A stretch of 64,000 nt of DNA from Eledone cirrhosa (taxonomy: Eukaryota), in the NCBI GenBank assembly GCA_964016885.1, contig OZ024743.1, positions 188,976,001 to 189,040,000 of the forward strand. Direction: 5' to 3'. Below the pieces are notes generated by a model, which did not search any database, was not told where the DNA came from, and worked only from the letters and a program-made list of their open reading frames with translations. The position numbers and the translations under genes are program-made. Positions 12,072 through 25,887 of this stretch are shown here, one piece after another. The stretch's first letter is position 1, and every line of letters starts with the position of its first letter.

Positions 12072-14845
12072 ATAACTTTGAATAACTTTGAATAACTTTA
12101 AAATGTTTTGGCCAGTATTGGCCCAGGCCATGTCTAACTTAATAGCACCACCTGGCGAAGTCTTTCAATTCAGGATTTGGGCACCATGGCCCATTCGAGA
12201 AGAGAATTACTGTTTGCGGAGACATATCCGGGTGTGGGTGGTTTGTCCGGGATTACTTGGAGGAATTTGTCCAAAGACTTCTTGAATTTTGTGTGGTCAG
12301 TTTCTGTTTTGACGTGTCCTGGTGTGATGTTGAAGAGAGCAGGGCCAATTGAGGTGAAATAATTGTGCCGTATTGTTGTTATGAGTTGCGATTTAGATTT
12401 TTGTTTGGGACGGATAGCACGGGGCCCAAGCCTTGGGTGTATTTTGAAGGCGATGCCAACATCATTTGGGCAGTGATGATGGAACATTTTCCACATCATG
12501 CAGATAATATAACGCTCACGGCGACGTTGGAGTGAGTAAAGTTTCAGCTTTTCTAGTCGACCCCAGTAGTTAAGGTCTGACATGCCATCTATCTTTTTCG
12601 TGATTGCCCTTTGAGCAGCTTCAAGTTTCATGATACTTTGTTTCGTGTGGGGAGACCACAGTGGACAACAGTATTCAAGGTGTGGTCGGGCAAAAGTAGA
12701 GAAGAGAAGGATAATGGTGTGGGAATCTCTCGACTAGAAGGTTCTGAGGATCCAGGAACACATTCTGCGGGCCATGTCAACTTTGCTGCTTATATGCGCG
12801 GCCCAGCTTATGTTGCTGTCCACGGTTACTCCCAAGTCTCTGATGTTGTTAGATGCCACGAGAGTTTCCCCGGAGGGAAGGGAGTACGGGAGTTTCAGAG
12901 CATCCTCTTTTCCAAAGTGGATCAGTTCGAATTTGTCTTCGTTCAGTAACATGTTGTTCTTTTCCGCCCATTGGGTAACAGCCAGTAGGTCTGACTGAAG
13001 GCTTATCCGGTCATCCACACCATTGATGACCTTTTGGAGCTTGGGATCATCAGCGAAAATTTTAATGTTGCTGTGTTTGATGATGTCAGTGATGTCATTA
13101 ATATAGATGATGAAGAGAAGTGGGCCCAACACAGTGCCTTGTGGGACCCCATTACTGACTTTGGCTGGGCTGGATTTGACTCCTTCAACTACAACATGTT
13201 GGGTTCTGTTTGACAGGAAGCTCTTGATCCACTGCAGCAGCTTTCCAGTGACACCAATATTGGACAGTTTTCTCAGTAGAATGTTGTGATCAACCCTGTC
13301 AAAGGCCTTGCTGAAATCAAGGTAGATAACATCAGTGTTGGAACCCTCTCCCAAGGCTCTCAAAATGTCATCAAAGTGATGCAGTAGCTGCGTCAGGCAA
13401 TCCCTTCCATTACGGAATCCATGCTGGTTGGAGTTCAGCATATTGTTACTCTCAAGGAAGTGGGTCATTCGCGATCTCACCACTCTCTCAAATACCTTAA
13501 TGATATGAGAGGTGAGTGAGATTGGACGGTAATTCACGGCAAGGGATTTGTTTCCTTTTTTGAAAACTGGGACAACAGACTGGGATAGAAGGTTTTCTGG
13601 CACATATCCAGCATCCAGTGAGTTCCGCCACAGATTGGCAAGAGGAGATGCAAGTTGGTGTTGACACGCCTTCAAGACACAAGCAGGGAACCTATCGGGA
13701 CCTACTGCTGAATTATGCTTGATTTCCTTTATTGCCGCTAAGACATCAGGGGCGCCAAACGTTATGTACGAGAAGGTGTAATGGGGAGTAACATCGCCGA
13801 TACAGCCCAGATCGGCCATATCAGGATTGCTGAAAACAGGGCAGTATTGTTTCTGCAGTATCTCACCCATGGTTTTAGCATTGTCTTGAAGAGTGCCATT
13901 TTCATCAATTAGAGGGCCAACAGTAGAGCCAGTGATTTTGTGTTTTTTTGCAAATGAAAAGAACACTTTGGGATTGAGTTTGATCTTCTCAATGGCCCAG
14001 GCCTCTTCAGCTCTTCTCTGATTGTTGATGATAGACATCATGTTGTTTTGGAGGTTATGTTTTTTAATCTCTAGTGATGAAATGGCAGTCAAGTTGATGT
14101 GTTGCTGCTGACAGTATTTCAGCTTGTTGATTTTTTTGTTCGTTCTCTTAATTTTCCTGATGAGCGTTTTTCTATTTCTAGGGATTCTGCTCTTAGATTT
14201 GTTTATAGTTCTTAATGGGGTGTGTTTTGCACATATGTTTGTAACAGTGTCCACAAATGTCTGCCAGGACTTTTTGATGTTAGTGGGTGTATGAGTGTGC
14301 GTGAAGGACCAGTCGACATGTGCAAGATCATGACTGATCGCTTCCCAGTTTGCATTGTGGAAATCCAAAGCGTCAAACGGATGGACAGGAGAGATGACAT
14401 TGGGTTTGTATATTGGACGGTGGAATCTCAGATCACAGAGAACCATGTCATGATCAGAGAGTAGAGTTTTCTCCACTGCAATATTGTGGATATTGTGAGT
14501 GTGATTGCTGAAAATTAAGTCTAGGACGTTTTGTGGCACCTCGTTGGATCGAGCACCAGTTGGGATAGGAAGAAATCATCCATGAAGTCAAGAAGCTATT
14601 CCACTGCTTCCCTGTCAGAGGTTGAGGCAGAAGAATCTGGTGGCAGGCTGTTTGTGGACCAGTCAACTCCGGGGAGGTTGAAGTCCCCCATCATTAAGAT
14701 GTTGTCAGGGTGACACTCTTGGATGAAACACTTTATGATGTTGAGGCATTCCTTGAAGCATGGTACAGGCGTTTGGGGTGGCCTATAGAGCCCAACTACT
14801 GTTAGGTTGTTGGTTTGAATGAATACAGTGACTGCTTCGCAGTCA
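12072..14845 (-). mobile_element. CR1/L2-group LINE, 5'-truncated (partial APE + RT + C-terminal region)
   Basis: [48 protein letters not shown] and LYSLQRRRERY in ORFs 12734..14539 and 12170..12631. 3' tail of 10-bp repeats (plus strand AATAACTTTG) at 12072-12099. Confidence 0.9.
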
Positions 14846-15435
14846 TATATATATATACATGTATATATGTATATATACATATATATAAATATATATACAT
14901 ATATATATATACATATACATATATACATATATATATATATATACATATATATATGTATACATGCATATATATATATATACATACATATATATATATATAC
15001 ATACATATATATATACATACATATATATATACATACATATATACATACGTATATGTATATATACATATACATATATATATATACATACATATATATATAC
15101 ATACATATATATATACATACGTATATGTATATATACATATACATATATATATATACATACATATATATATACATACATATATATATACATACGTATATGT
15201 ATATATACATATACATATATATATATACATACATATATATATACATACGTATATGTATATATACATATACATATATATATATACATACATATATACATAC
15301 ATACGTATATGTATATATACATATATATATATATAAACATATATATATATACATATATATACATATATATATATACATATATATATATATACATACATAT
15401 ATATATATACATACATATATATATATATACATACA

Positions 15436-16610
15436 AAGTAGGTGAGTGACTGCATGGCTTCCTAAGGGACAGAAGCCAGGCAGTCGCAGCAAATGGGGCC
15501 CTTTCGAGGGAAACACCGATAACAAGTGGGGTACCCCAGGGGACAGTCCTCGGACCACTACTGTTTTTGGTGGCTCTCTCGGACATGCCCTCTGTGGTGC
15601 ATGCAACAACATCCCTCACTAGCCATGCTGATGACACTAAGGTAGCACAGGCAATCAAAAACCCGGCTGACGCTGCCCTTTTACAGCAGGATCTGGATGC
15701 CATATACAGATGGGCGGAAGAAAACAACATGCAGTTTAATGCTGGCAAATTCCAAGCCCTACAATATAAACCTGCAAACACAAATATAGTGGAACACAGC
15801 TACACAGGACCAGGAGGGACCGATATGCACGTGTCAGGATCGATACGAGACCTGGGCATAGACATAAGCGATGATGCATCTTTTTCTTCACACATCATGA
15901 AAGTGGCGACAATGTGCAGACGACTCGCTGGCTGGATCTTGAGGACTTCCGGACAAGAGATCGAGACACCATGTTGACACTGTGGAGGACTTTTGTCCTA
16001 AGCCGCCTGGACTACTGCTCCCAGTTGTGGTCACCCCATAGTGTCAAACTAACCACGGAGCTTGAGGCAATCCAGCGAAGCTACACCAAGAGGATTGCCA
16101 AGATGAGGGAGACAAGCTACTGGGAGAGGCTAAAGGAAATGAACCTCTACTCCTTGGAGCGAAGACGGGAGAGATACGCAGTGATCTACATGTGGAAAAT
16201 CCTGGAGGGACTAGCACCAAACTTTGGCGTTGGGAGCTGGACCAACCGCCGAACAGGACGTCACTGTGTGGTGCCAAAGGTCCCGTCTTCCACATCTACA
16301 ATAAGGAGCAGGTAGTGCAATAGCCTGGGATTCAAGGGCCCTCAACTCTTCAACAGGCTGCCGAGGTATCTGAGAGACTTGCATGACGTGGAGGTGGATG
16401 TCTTTAAGAAACATCTCGACGCCTTGTTATCCAGGATCCCGGATGAGCCCACAGCAAGACACGGGGGAAACCTAAGGGCAGCAGCAAAAAACTCCCTCTT
16501 ACACCAGTGGCCAACCTATACAGGCTGGAGATAAAATGTGTAGCAACAAGGGCGGTGCCCCAGCATGGCCCCAGCCGGATGGCTGAAACGGGTAAAAGAG
16601 TAAAAGAGTA
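15436..16610 (+). mobile_element. CR1/L2-group LINE 3' fragment (related but distinct family)
   Basis: [20 protein letters not shown] and LYSLERRRERY in ORFs 15567..15977 and 15914..16315. Tail of GTAAAAGA repeats at ~16592-16610. Confidence 0.88.
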
Positions 16611-16744
16611 TACGTATATGTATATATACATACATATATATGTATATATACATATATATACGTACATATATATATATATACATATGTATATATACATACA
16701 TATATGTATATATACATATATACATACATATATATACATACGTA

Positions 16745-16776
<32 letters not shown>

Positions 16777-17083
16777 CATACATATACATACATATATACA
16801 TATATATACACATAAATACCTATATATACATACATATACATATATATATGTATATATATATATGTATATATATGTATTTCGTTTCTGAATTTGTTTAGCA
16901 AGATTCTTTATCTGAAATCGTGTGTTGAAACCGATAGTGTTATACTTTGGGAGGGTCATGTTGCCAATAAGAAACACACGCACCAGATGCTTTCACTTCA
17001 ATTTATTATATATTTATAAATTTATAAATTTATAAATTTCTGGTTGGTTGGTTGGTTCTACAACCAGATAGTTGTTTATATAT

Positions 17084-17128
17084 AGTCATAGTTCTTTCGT
17101 CACACACTCTGTGACCTCTTCAGTGACT
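17084..17128 (-). ncRNA. Minimal type I hammerhead ribozyme motif
   Basis: agtca CTGAAGA g-gtcaca gagtg tgtgac GAAA gaac TA tgact. Stem I is a perfect 5 bp; AATAAA lies downstream at ~17002-17007. Confidence 0.75.
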
Positions 17129-18201
17129 GGGGATTCCTTTCTTTGTTTCTGTGCCTCTCCTTTGTTCTGTCCTACGCCATTTTGTTTCTGTGTGTGCTCA
17201 GTCTGCGCATGCGCCACATCCGGGTGACTGTGTGTGTTTATGTTCATTTATTTATTTGTTTATTTACATGTTACTGGTTGGTTGTTTGTTCTATGTGTGT
17301 GTGTGTTTTCATTTTGTCCTTAATTGTAAGTTGTGATGTTGCTGTTCCACTCATATTTTCTATTTAATTTTGGTTGTAATTCTTTTATGTTTATTGCCTC
17401 TGTAATTTGTCTAAACATTGCGTCTTATGCTATACACTGTTTTGTTATACATCTTATGCTATACACTGTTTTGTTATATTTTTTAATATTTTGTAATATT
17501 TTATAAATGTAATCTATATACTTATTATCACTACTTTATGCACTAATGTACTTATGTATTTATGTATATATATATATATTTTTTTTTCAACATACTCCGG
17601 TTTTATTAAGATATTTTTTCTTGCCCTTGTAAAACTTTATATACAACTTGTTGACATTAAGTGATATGTATGACGTAGTTTTGTATATTTTTGATGTCTG
17701 TATATTATTTTATTATATTATTATATTATATTATATTATTTCTTGTATAGCTTATTTTTTGTATAGTTTATTCTTTGTATAGTTTATGCGCACTGTCAGG
17801 GAGTTTTTATTTTTATTTTTATTTTATTTTTAATTTATATTATAAAGAGTATATTTATACTTATTAAGTGTTAGTATGTGTTTGTGTAAATGTAATATAA
17901 TATGGATATATATATATATATATATACATATATTAAGCTTTATTACCCATTATATTGTATTGTAATTCTCATATTATATTACTATGTTGTATTTAATGTA
18001 TTTGTATCATACTGTAAATTCAACGTGGGTTTGACATTTTACTCACTTCCTTGCCATAAAATCTATTTTTGTAACTGCAAACTTTTAGTTTTAGCTTTAG
18101 CATGCTTTTCCTTCATATCTCTCATAAGCTTTCATAGATATGAATTCCCTATTCTTCTGAGTTTTGGTTGTTCTGGCCGTTAATACTTCTTATCTGTTTA
18201 A

Positions 18202-18246
18202 TTGCCCTGATGAGTCCTTATTAATGGGATGAAACATTGTAGGCTA
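18202..18246 (+). ncRNA. Minimal type I hammerhead ribozyme motif
   Basis: gcc CTGATGA gtcct tattaat gggat GAAA cattg TA ggc, followed by AATAAA; same family as 37092-37129. Confidence 0.75.
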
Positions 18247-18497
18247 ATAAAGATTTTTGATGTATTGAAGGCTTCTTTGTCTATTTTTATAATTTGTATA
18301 ATACATATATATACATATAAAAGTTTTAATATGGATGAGATATATATATGAATATATATACATATATATACATATATATATACATATATATATACATACA
18401 TACATAGATATACATATATATATACATATATATATACATACATATATATATACATACATATATACATATATATATACATACAAATATATATACATAT

Positions 18498-18601
18498 ATG
18501 ATGGCTGCCCCCCCCCCCCTCGTTATCGAGTATAGCTATTGCACGAGGAGAAAAATAAAATTAATAAATAAATAAAATAAAAATAAAAATAAAATTAAAA
18601 A

Positions 18602-18656
<55 letters not shown>

Positions 18657-18814
18657 CACACATACATACACATATACACACACACACATATTCACACACA
18701 CATACATTAATAACAATAATAATAATAATAACAACAATAATAATAACGACAACAACAATAATAATATACATATACATATATATATACACATACACGCACA
18801 CACATAAGCATATC

Positions 18815-18845
<31 letters not shown>

Positions 18846-19088
18846 GATAGCAACTAACAGCGCTGCGATCGAATGTGGCTTTTTAGGCCAGCCAATGATC
18901 TAAAATGTCTTGAACAGAGTCGGCAACCAAAACATTCACTGGCAATAGTCGGCTGTGGTTGGAGTTCGTGTACTTTTGCATGTCGCTTGAGCCCTCCTGC
19001 TGATTTACATTCTCTACCACATGTTTGGCAAGCATGATGAGTAGCATCTCCAACAGCAGCCTGGTAGTCAACCACTGGTCTTACTTTA
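18498..19088 (-). mobile_element. RTE LINE 3' fragment (last two ZnFs + 3'UTR)
   Basis: Near-identical to 6305-6990; 5'-truncated directly against microsatellite. Confidence 0.92.
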
Positions 19089-19228
19089 TATAAACATATA
19101 TACATACATATATACATTCATACATATATACATACATATATACATACATATATATATATACATACATATATACATACATATATACATACATATATACAAA
19201 CATATATACAAACATATATACATTCATA

Positions 19229-19593
19229 TATGGTGGCTGTCAACTCGATTTCGAGTACGGCCACTACTTTATATCCCTGTAGCAGAACCCCTACCGATGT
19301 GCTGAACAAGTGTGACGTTTTAGTCCAGCCAGCGACGTGAAAACTCTGGTACAAACACTACACTTGTGACAATTATTAACACATAGTGCTAGGCCCATGG
19401 TACCATGTGACAACAAGTGCAGAGAGATCTCCAGATACAAAGCAATGCCTGTGCGGTGAAGCTTTTATAGTGAGCAAAGGCACTGCACAAAGCCAGTCCC
19501 ACTCTCTTAACCAAGATGATATTTACCAAAAAGAACAAGTCAACATCATTGGATACCATCAGGGTTGCAGGTGTTATATCAGAGTTTTCCTTC
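19229..19593 (-). mobile_element. Bipartite RTE derivative, 5'-truncated copy
   Basis: High identity to 5402-5769. Confidence 0.88.
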
Positions 19594-19755
19594 ATATATA
19601 TATACATACATATATATATACATATATACATACATATATACATACATATATATATATATATATACATATATATACATACATACATATATATACATATATG
19701 TATACATACATATACATACATATATAAGCATATATATATACATACATATATATAC

Positions 19756-19822
<67 letters not shown>

Positions 19823-19945
19823 CATATATATACATATATATATATATACATATATATATATACATATACATATATATACCTATATATATATACATATATA
19901 TATACATATACATATCTATACATACATATATATATATATATACAC

Positions 19946-19998
<53 letters not shown>

Positions 19999-19999
19999 C

Positions 20000-20050
<51 letters not shown>

Positions 20051-20103
20051 CATATATATATACATGCACATATATATATACATATATATATATATACATA
20101 TAC

Positions 20104-20134
<31 letters not shown>

Positions 20135-20179
20135 CAAATATATATACATATACATATATACAAATATATATACACATAC

Positions 20180-20213
<34 letters not shown>

Positions 20214-20347
20214 ATATACATATATACATATATATATATACAAATATATATACACACACATATATATATATATATATACACATACATATATATACAAATA
20301 TATATATACAAATATATATACATATATATATACATATATATATACAA

Positions 20348-20378
<31 letters not shown>

Positions 20379-20409
20379 CATATATATATACAAATATACA
20401 TACATATAC

Positions 20410-20441
<32 letters not shown>

Positions 20442-20457
20442 ATATACATATATATAT

Positions 20458-20515
<58 letters not shown>
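19594..20515. repeat. Compound (TA)n/(TACA)n microsatellite
   Basis: Read directly. Confidence 0.95.
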
Positions 20516-20516
<1 letters not shown>

Positions 20517-20780
20517 CAATATTAAACAAATGGAATCTATATTTATAAAACCATATTTATTTCATTAAACATATTTCAGGGATACCATATTAAAAATATG
20601 GCATGTCTTCGTCAGATAAAATACAATATATAAACAGTTTAATAAATAATTTTGACGTACCATATTATAAGCGACCAATATATTAGGAAGCTGTCTGGGT
20701 AGTGAATTGTTTATAATTATTTAGTTATAGTGATAAGCACAGTTAGAAAAAAGACGGAGAGAAAGAAGAAACGGAGGTAA
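20512..20780 (-). repeat. Left arm of a ~265-bp inverted repeat (partner 25431-25699); HHR-bearing PLE-type terminus
   Basis: Reverse complement matches 25431-25699 with a few substitutions. Confidence 0.85.
20560..20621 (-). ncRNA. Type I hammerhead motif
   Basis: ttttat CTGACGA aga-c-atgccatatt ttt aatatggtat-c-cct GAAA tatgtt TA atgaaa. Confidence 0.65.
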
Positions 20781-21230
20781 AGAAAAAACAGAGAGAGAGA
20801 TGGGAGAGAAAGAAAAGGAGAGAGAGAAAAAAATACATAAATAGATAGGAGGAGGTGAAAAAGAAACAAGAAGGAAATGAGAGAGGCAAACGAAAGCAAC
20901 AGATAAATAATAATTCACCATACATATAGAGAAACTCAAGAGAGAGGGAGTACTATATAGAGAGAGAAGGATAATAATTATTTAGTTATAGTGTTATGCA
21001 CAGTTAGAAAAAAGACAGAGAGAAAGAGAAAACGGAGATAAAGAAAAAGCGGAGAGAGAGATGGGGGAGGAAAAAGAAAGAAAGAGAGAAAATATAAATA
21101 GATAGGGGGAAGTGAAAAAGAAACAAGAGAGAAATAAGAGAGGCAAACGAAAGCGACAGATCCATAATAATTCATCATATATAAAGATAAACTCAAGAGA
21201 GAGGAGAAAGTGCTATTTATAGAGAGAAGG
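20712..21230. repeat. Two-unit tandem duplication (~260 bp, purine-rich)
   Basis: ATAATTATTTAGTTATAGTG...CAGTTAGAAAAAAGAC starts at ~20714 and again at ~20974. Confidence 0.8.
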
Positions 21231-23106
21231 ATACAGTTACATCTTTACGTCATGTCATATCAATTTGAATTATCAATTCATATGAAATGGATAATAATAA
21301 TGCAAATATCAATATTCATGAATGAGACATAGATATATAATATGAGAAAATAACATTGTTCAATAATGACCATATGTTTAGTTTAAAACTCTGAGGTAAA
21401 TATACCAAAATCTGAGATAAAACCTTCAAAAAATTACCCTATTTATAAAAATACGGAAATATATATGTGTATATATATATACACGTATATGTAGTTTCTG
21501 AAAAAAGAAAAAAGAGAAAATTATGTCTAACTCTAGTCAATAATATAGACATACACATGACTTCATCTGATCAACTCTATAATTAATTGTGTCATAAAAA
21601 AATTTCTTGTGTTATAAAAATTTCACTGTATATATACATAAAATATACGATTAATATTCATGTCCTCACATATATGAGTACCGTTCATGTATCTGTTAGA
21701 ACACGAAAAGTGTGAAACAACAGAATGTTCACTTTTCGTGTTCTAACATATATGCGTAGCTTCTTAAAAAAATTTTCGGGGATAGCCGTGGTGGTGGTGA
21801 TCGTATGTCATTGGCTAATTTTCAACCAATCAGAGTACCTCTCTCTATATCTCTTCCACTGTTACTTACGCCTGTTTCTCTCTATCTGTTCCGTCTCTAT
21901 ATATATCTCTTACTCTTTCGCTTTGCACTCCTCCCCTTCAATACCATCTCTCCCCCTCTCTATATATTTGTTACTCTATCGCTGCACGCTCCTCTCCTTC
22001 AATATATCAATTACACACGCTTTACACTCCTTTATCCCCAGCGCCCCTATATATACACCCCCCCCTCTCCCGCATCTATATTTTAATGTACCGTTGCACC
22101 GTGAATATATGTGTCTATATATATATACATATATATTGTATATACACATTCATGTATGTGTATACACACTCATGTATGTATATACACTGGTTTTATGTGT
22201 GTATTGTAAATTTGTACTGTTAAAACACGAAACTAACATTCGATTGACACTTTGATTACCTGTACAGGCAATAGTTATTAGAATGCTGTTGAAGTGTGTA
22301 TATATTTTTGGGGGACATCCTGTATATACACACATTATATATAATACAATAAACAGATAAATACACACATATATATATGAGCTTATTTAATTATAAATAT
22401 TGTGAATTTTTAACTCAGTTCAATTATATATATAAATGGTTTCTACAGGACTAGAACTGTTTCATTCGAAAGAAATCATCATAATATTGAGAGGGGGGAC
22501 TAGATAAAATATTTCAAATCAAATGTGTATAAGTTATAAGTTAAAATGTATAAATAGAGACGATAGTGGAGGTATATCTGTTTCGTGGAACAGTAGACGA
22601 TAGAATTAAATACAGACGATAATCTCCCTTTAATGAAACAGCAGACGATAGAATTAAGGCAATTTAAATTTTAAGCATTTGCATTTTTGCCTTTCATCGT
22701 TACGGGGTCGATAAAATAAAGTACCAGTAATACACTGTCACTAGACGACTTTCAAATTGAATTGTTGGTTCCATTTCTTTAGTATTTTCAATTGTAGTTA
22801 TCTACTTAAAAAGCGTTACACGGTTAGAGACATAATTCGTAAGTTATATCTTCCCTATTAAACCATTGCATTATTTCGCCTACAATAGAACAAAAATGAA
22901 ATGTTCTTTAAAGAAACAGGAATATAACTTTATAAAAAAAAAAGTTGCATCCGCTTCTTTTATCATTGATAATTTTTTCGTTTTAATATTAATTGTTTTT
23001 TGTAGTTGTTTATATTAAAAATCTTACTGTAATATTTACTTAAACGAAGGCAAACATCTAAACTTATAGATTAATCTTGAGCGAAGGACTAGATAAATCT
23101 CTCTCC

Positions 23107-23137
<31 letters not shown>

Positions 23138-23519
23138 AACGAAGAATGATAAAATTTCAAGCAAAGAGTTTAATTAGGTATATTTTGTAATATTATTAAC
23201 TAATTATTATAATTAACGCGCATATTTTGCTATCCTCAAACACGTTTACACATGGCATGAAATATAACTAATCCGAGATGGCTAGGTTTCATCTTCTAAC
23301 TGGATATACGAAATCCATTATGTCTTGACAACAACATGAGGTAACATTATGTTATTCACAGACACACTTTGTACACTGTTCCATATCAGAATGTATTTCC
23401 TTCGTCACATTCACAAACAGTATTGAAAATATGTTCTTCGGCAAATAAAATGTTTTGTTCATAATATTTCAACTAGCGATTGCTCTACTCCACGCACGAC
23501 CACCATAAATTAATGACCA

Positions 23520-23700
23520 GCTCAACACAAGTATTGGTAGAGCGTCAGACACCATGCTTTGCAGTATTGTTATGGTCCTTTGCATTCTAAGTTCAAATCC
23601 TGCCGAGGTTAACTTCGACTTTCATACTTACTAATTCGATAAAATAAAGTACCAGTAATGGACTGCCGTAATGGATTTGTGCCGAAAAATAGAAACACTA
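23520..23700 (+). mobile_element. tRNA-derived SINE (family A), decayed
   Basis: TTGGTAGAGCGTC A-box-like motif, GTTCAAATCC B-box, GCCGAGGTTAACTT...GATAAAATAAAGTACCAGT body. Confidence 0.75.
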
Positions 23701-24244
23701 TTAATGTGCAATAAGAGCAAAATATAACGACATTGCTCAATTATTTTATCTAATGTTGTAATAACACAAGGAAATGTTGTTTGTGTATTTTTTTTTATAT
23801 TTGCTCATAGGCTTTTACAATTTCGCTCAGCCAACAACTATTAAAAAGTGAGTTGCTTAAGATAACAATTTAATCACAAATTGTTGCTATCTTTTAATAC
23901 ACTCCAACAAGTCATCAAATTATGTACAATAAAAACAAATCTTATTAATTTGCTCAGGGAATATAAAGAAAATGTATATACACTGATAATTGCAATTGTA
24001 TGTAAATATTTTGTTTTTGTATTGTATATTTTATGTTTTCTATTATGTATAATATATTGATTTAATATTGATTGTTTTTTGTAGTTGTTTATATTAAAAG
24101 TCTGAAAATATTTTTATACATCTTACACTAATATTTATAAGATAATTTATAATAACAATTACATAATCTAATTACATTACAACGATAATTTATTATTAAT
24201 ATATATCCTGTTTAACTAGAGTTATTACAAGCGTTGCCTTAAAA

Positions 24245-25217
24245 AATATTAAACTAGACATGAAAAATGCGCAAGCTCAAAAGTGCCACAGAATGTTATA
24301 ATAAACCTTCAAAAGTGTGGGACTAGAGTTGTTGCTAAAAAATATTGTAATCATTATATATCGTACATTCTGTGGCATCCTTTATAAAAATAGCTTAAAC
24401 CAACGAAGCCTTTATTTTTACGCTATTTCACTTAGTTAATTCTTAGAGTGTAACATATAAAAATAAATACATCTATGTTTAATGTAATAACAGCTATAAA
24501 TAATTACGTAATATTATTATCATATACTCATAGTAACAAAATAATTGTGTTGAAACTTAATATGATGCTTATATGAACGATCAAATCTATAATGATAATT
24601 TCTTAAATATACTAATAGTAAAATAATTTAGTTATCTATTGTTACATTTTCATAGAACTATAATATTAACAATCGTATTGCATTATCAAATTTTTATCAC
24701 TACAAACTTTCATATTGGAATTACCTTAAGCCACTTATTATTACTTCGCTTTCGTACTTTTACAGCTGTAGATATTGCGCTGTATCTTATATCTAATATC
24801 AATATCTCGTGGTAATTTGCATGAAGTGTAAAATAGGTTTATTAATAACTTTAATATGAAATGTATTATACAGGGCTGCGGAGTCGGCCAAAAATTGACT
24901 GGCTCCAACTCAGGATCCGATACTCCATTATTTCCTAAATTTCAGCTCCGCAGCTCTGTTATTATATTAATTAATTTATTTTATAGTTGTAAATCATATT
25001 TTTATATGTTACACTCTAAGAATTAACTAAGTGAAATAGCGTAAAAATAAAGGCTTCGTTGGTTTAAGCTATTTTTATAAAGGATGCCACAGAATGTACG
25101 ATATATAATGATTACAATATTTTTTAGCAACAACTCTAGTCCCACACTTTTGAAGGTTTATTATAACATTCTGTGGCACTTTTGAGCTTGCGCATTTTTC
25201 ATGTCTAGTTTAATATT
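24245..25217. repeat. Apparently perfect 221-bp inverted repeat (arms 24245-24465 and 24997-25217)
   Basis: No mismatch found between the arms on reading by eye; 531-bp spacer. Confidence 0.9.
24871..24958. mobile_element. hAT-like MITE
   Basis: TIRs CAGGGCTGCGGAG / CTCCGCAGCTCTG; flanks GTATTATA / TTATTATA, a 7/8 match to an 8-bp TSD. Confidence 0.65.
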
Positions 25218-25590
25218 ATGCATATCTGTAACATATACAGAACCATACTTATATATACATGTATATGTATATATAAAATATCTGCGTGAGTTTTCCAGCA
25301 TCTTTACGCACATATACAGACACATGAACACATAAAATAAACTCTATAAACCTTCTATATGCATGTTAATACAGATATGGCCTTTGTATAGAGATAATCA
25401 AGTATCAATATATCAGCACAGCAATAGTTTTTTACCTCCGTTTCTTCTTTCTCTCCGTCTTTTTTCTAACTGTGCTTAACACTATAACTAAATAATTATA
25501 AACAATTCACTACCCAGACAGCTTCCTAATATATTGGTCGCTTATGATATGGTATGTCAAAATTATTTATAAAACTGTTTATATATTGTA

Positions 25591-25652
25591 TTTTATCTGA
25601 CGAAGGCATGCCATATTTTTAATATGGTATCCCTGAAATATGTACAATGAAA
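25591..25652 (+). ncRNA. Type I hammerhead motif (U16.1 changed to C, probably inactive)
   Basis: ttttat CTGACGA agg-c-atgccatatt ttt aatatggtat-c-cct GAAA tatgta CA atgaaa. Confidence 0.6.
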
Positions 25653-25837
25653 TAAATATGGTTTTATAAATAAAGTTTCCATTTGTTTAATATCGTATAT
25701 CTACACCAAAAACTTGTCGAGTGCTTTATATCAGTTATAAAATATTTACTTGTTGTAACCCAACAATTTTAAATAAAACCTTTGCACATATATATATATA
25801 TATACATATATTTATATACACATATATATATATACAA

Positions 25838-25883
<46 letters not shown>

Positions 25884-25887
<4 letters not shown>

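Noticed and set aside
22448-22500. Functional hammerhead (ATGATGA tttc tttc gaat GAAA cag TT)
   Set aside because: C3 is mutated and the 5' strand of stem I is missing; counted only as a relic.
20512-25699. DNA transposon with long TIRs
   Set aside because: No transposase or TSD, and the arms contain HHR and polyA motifs typical of PLE termini.
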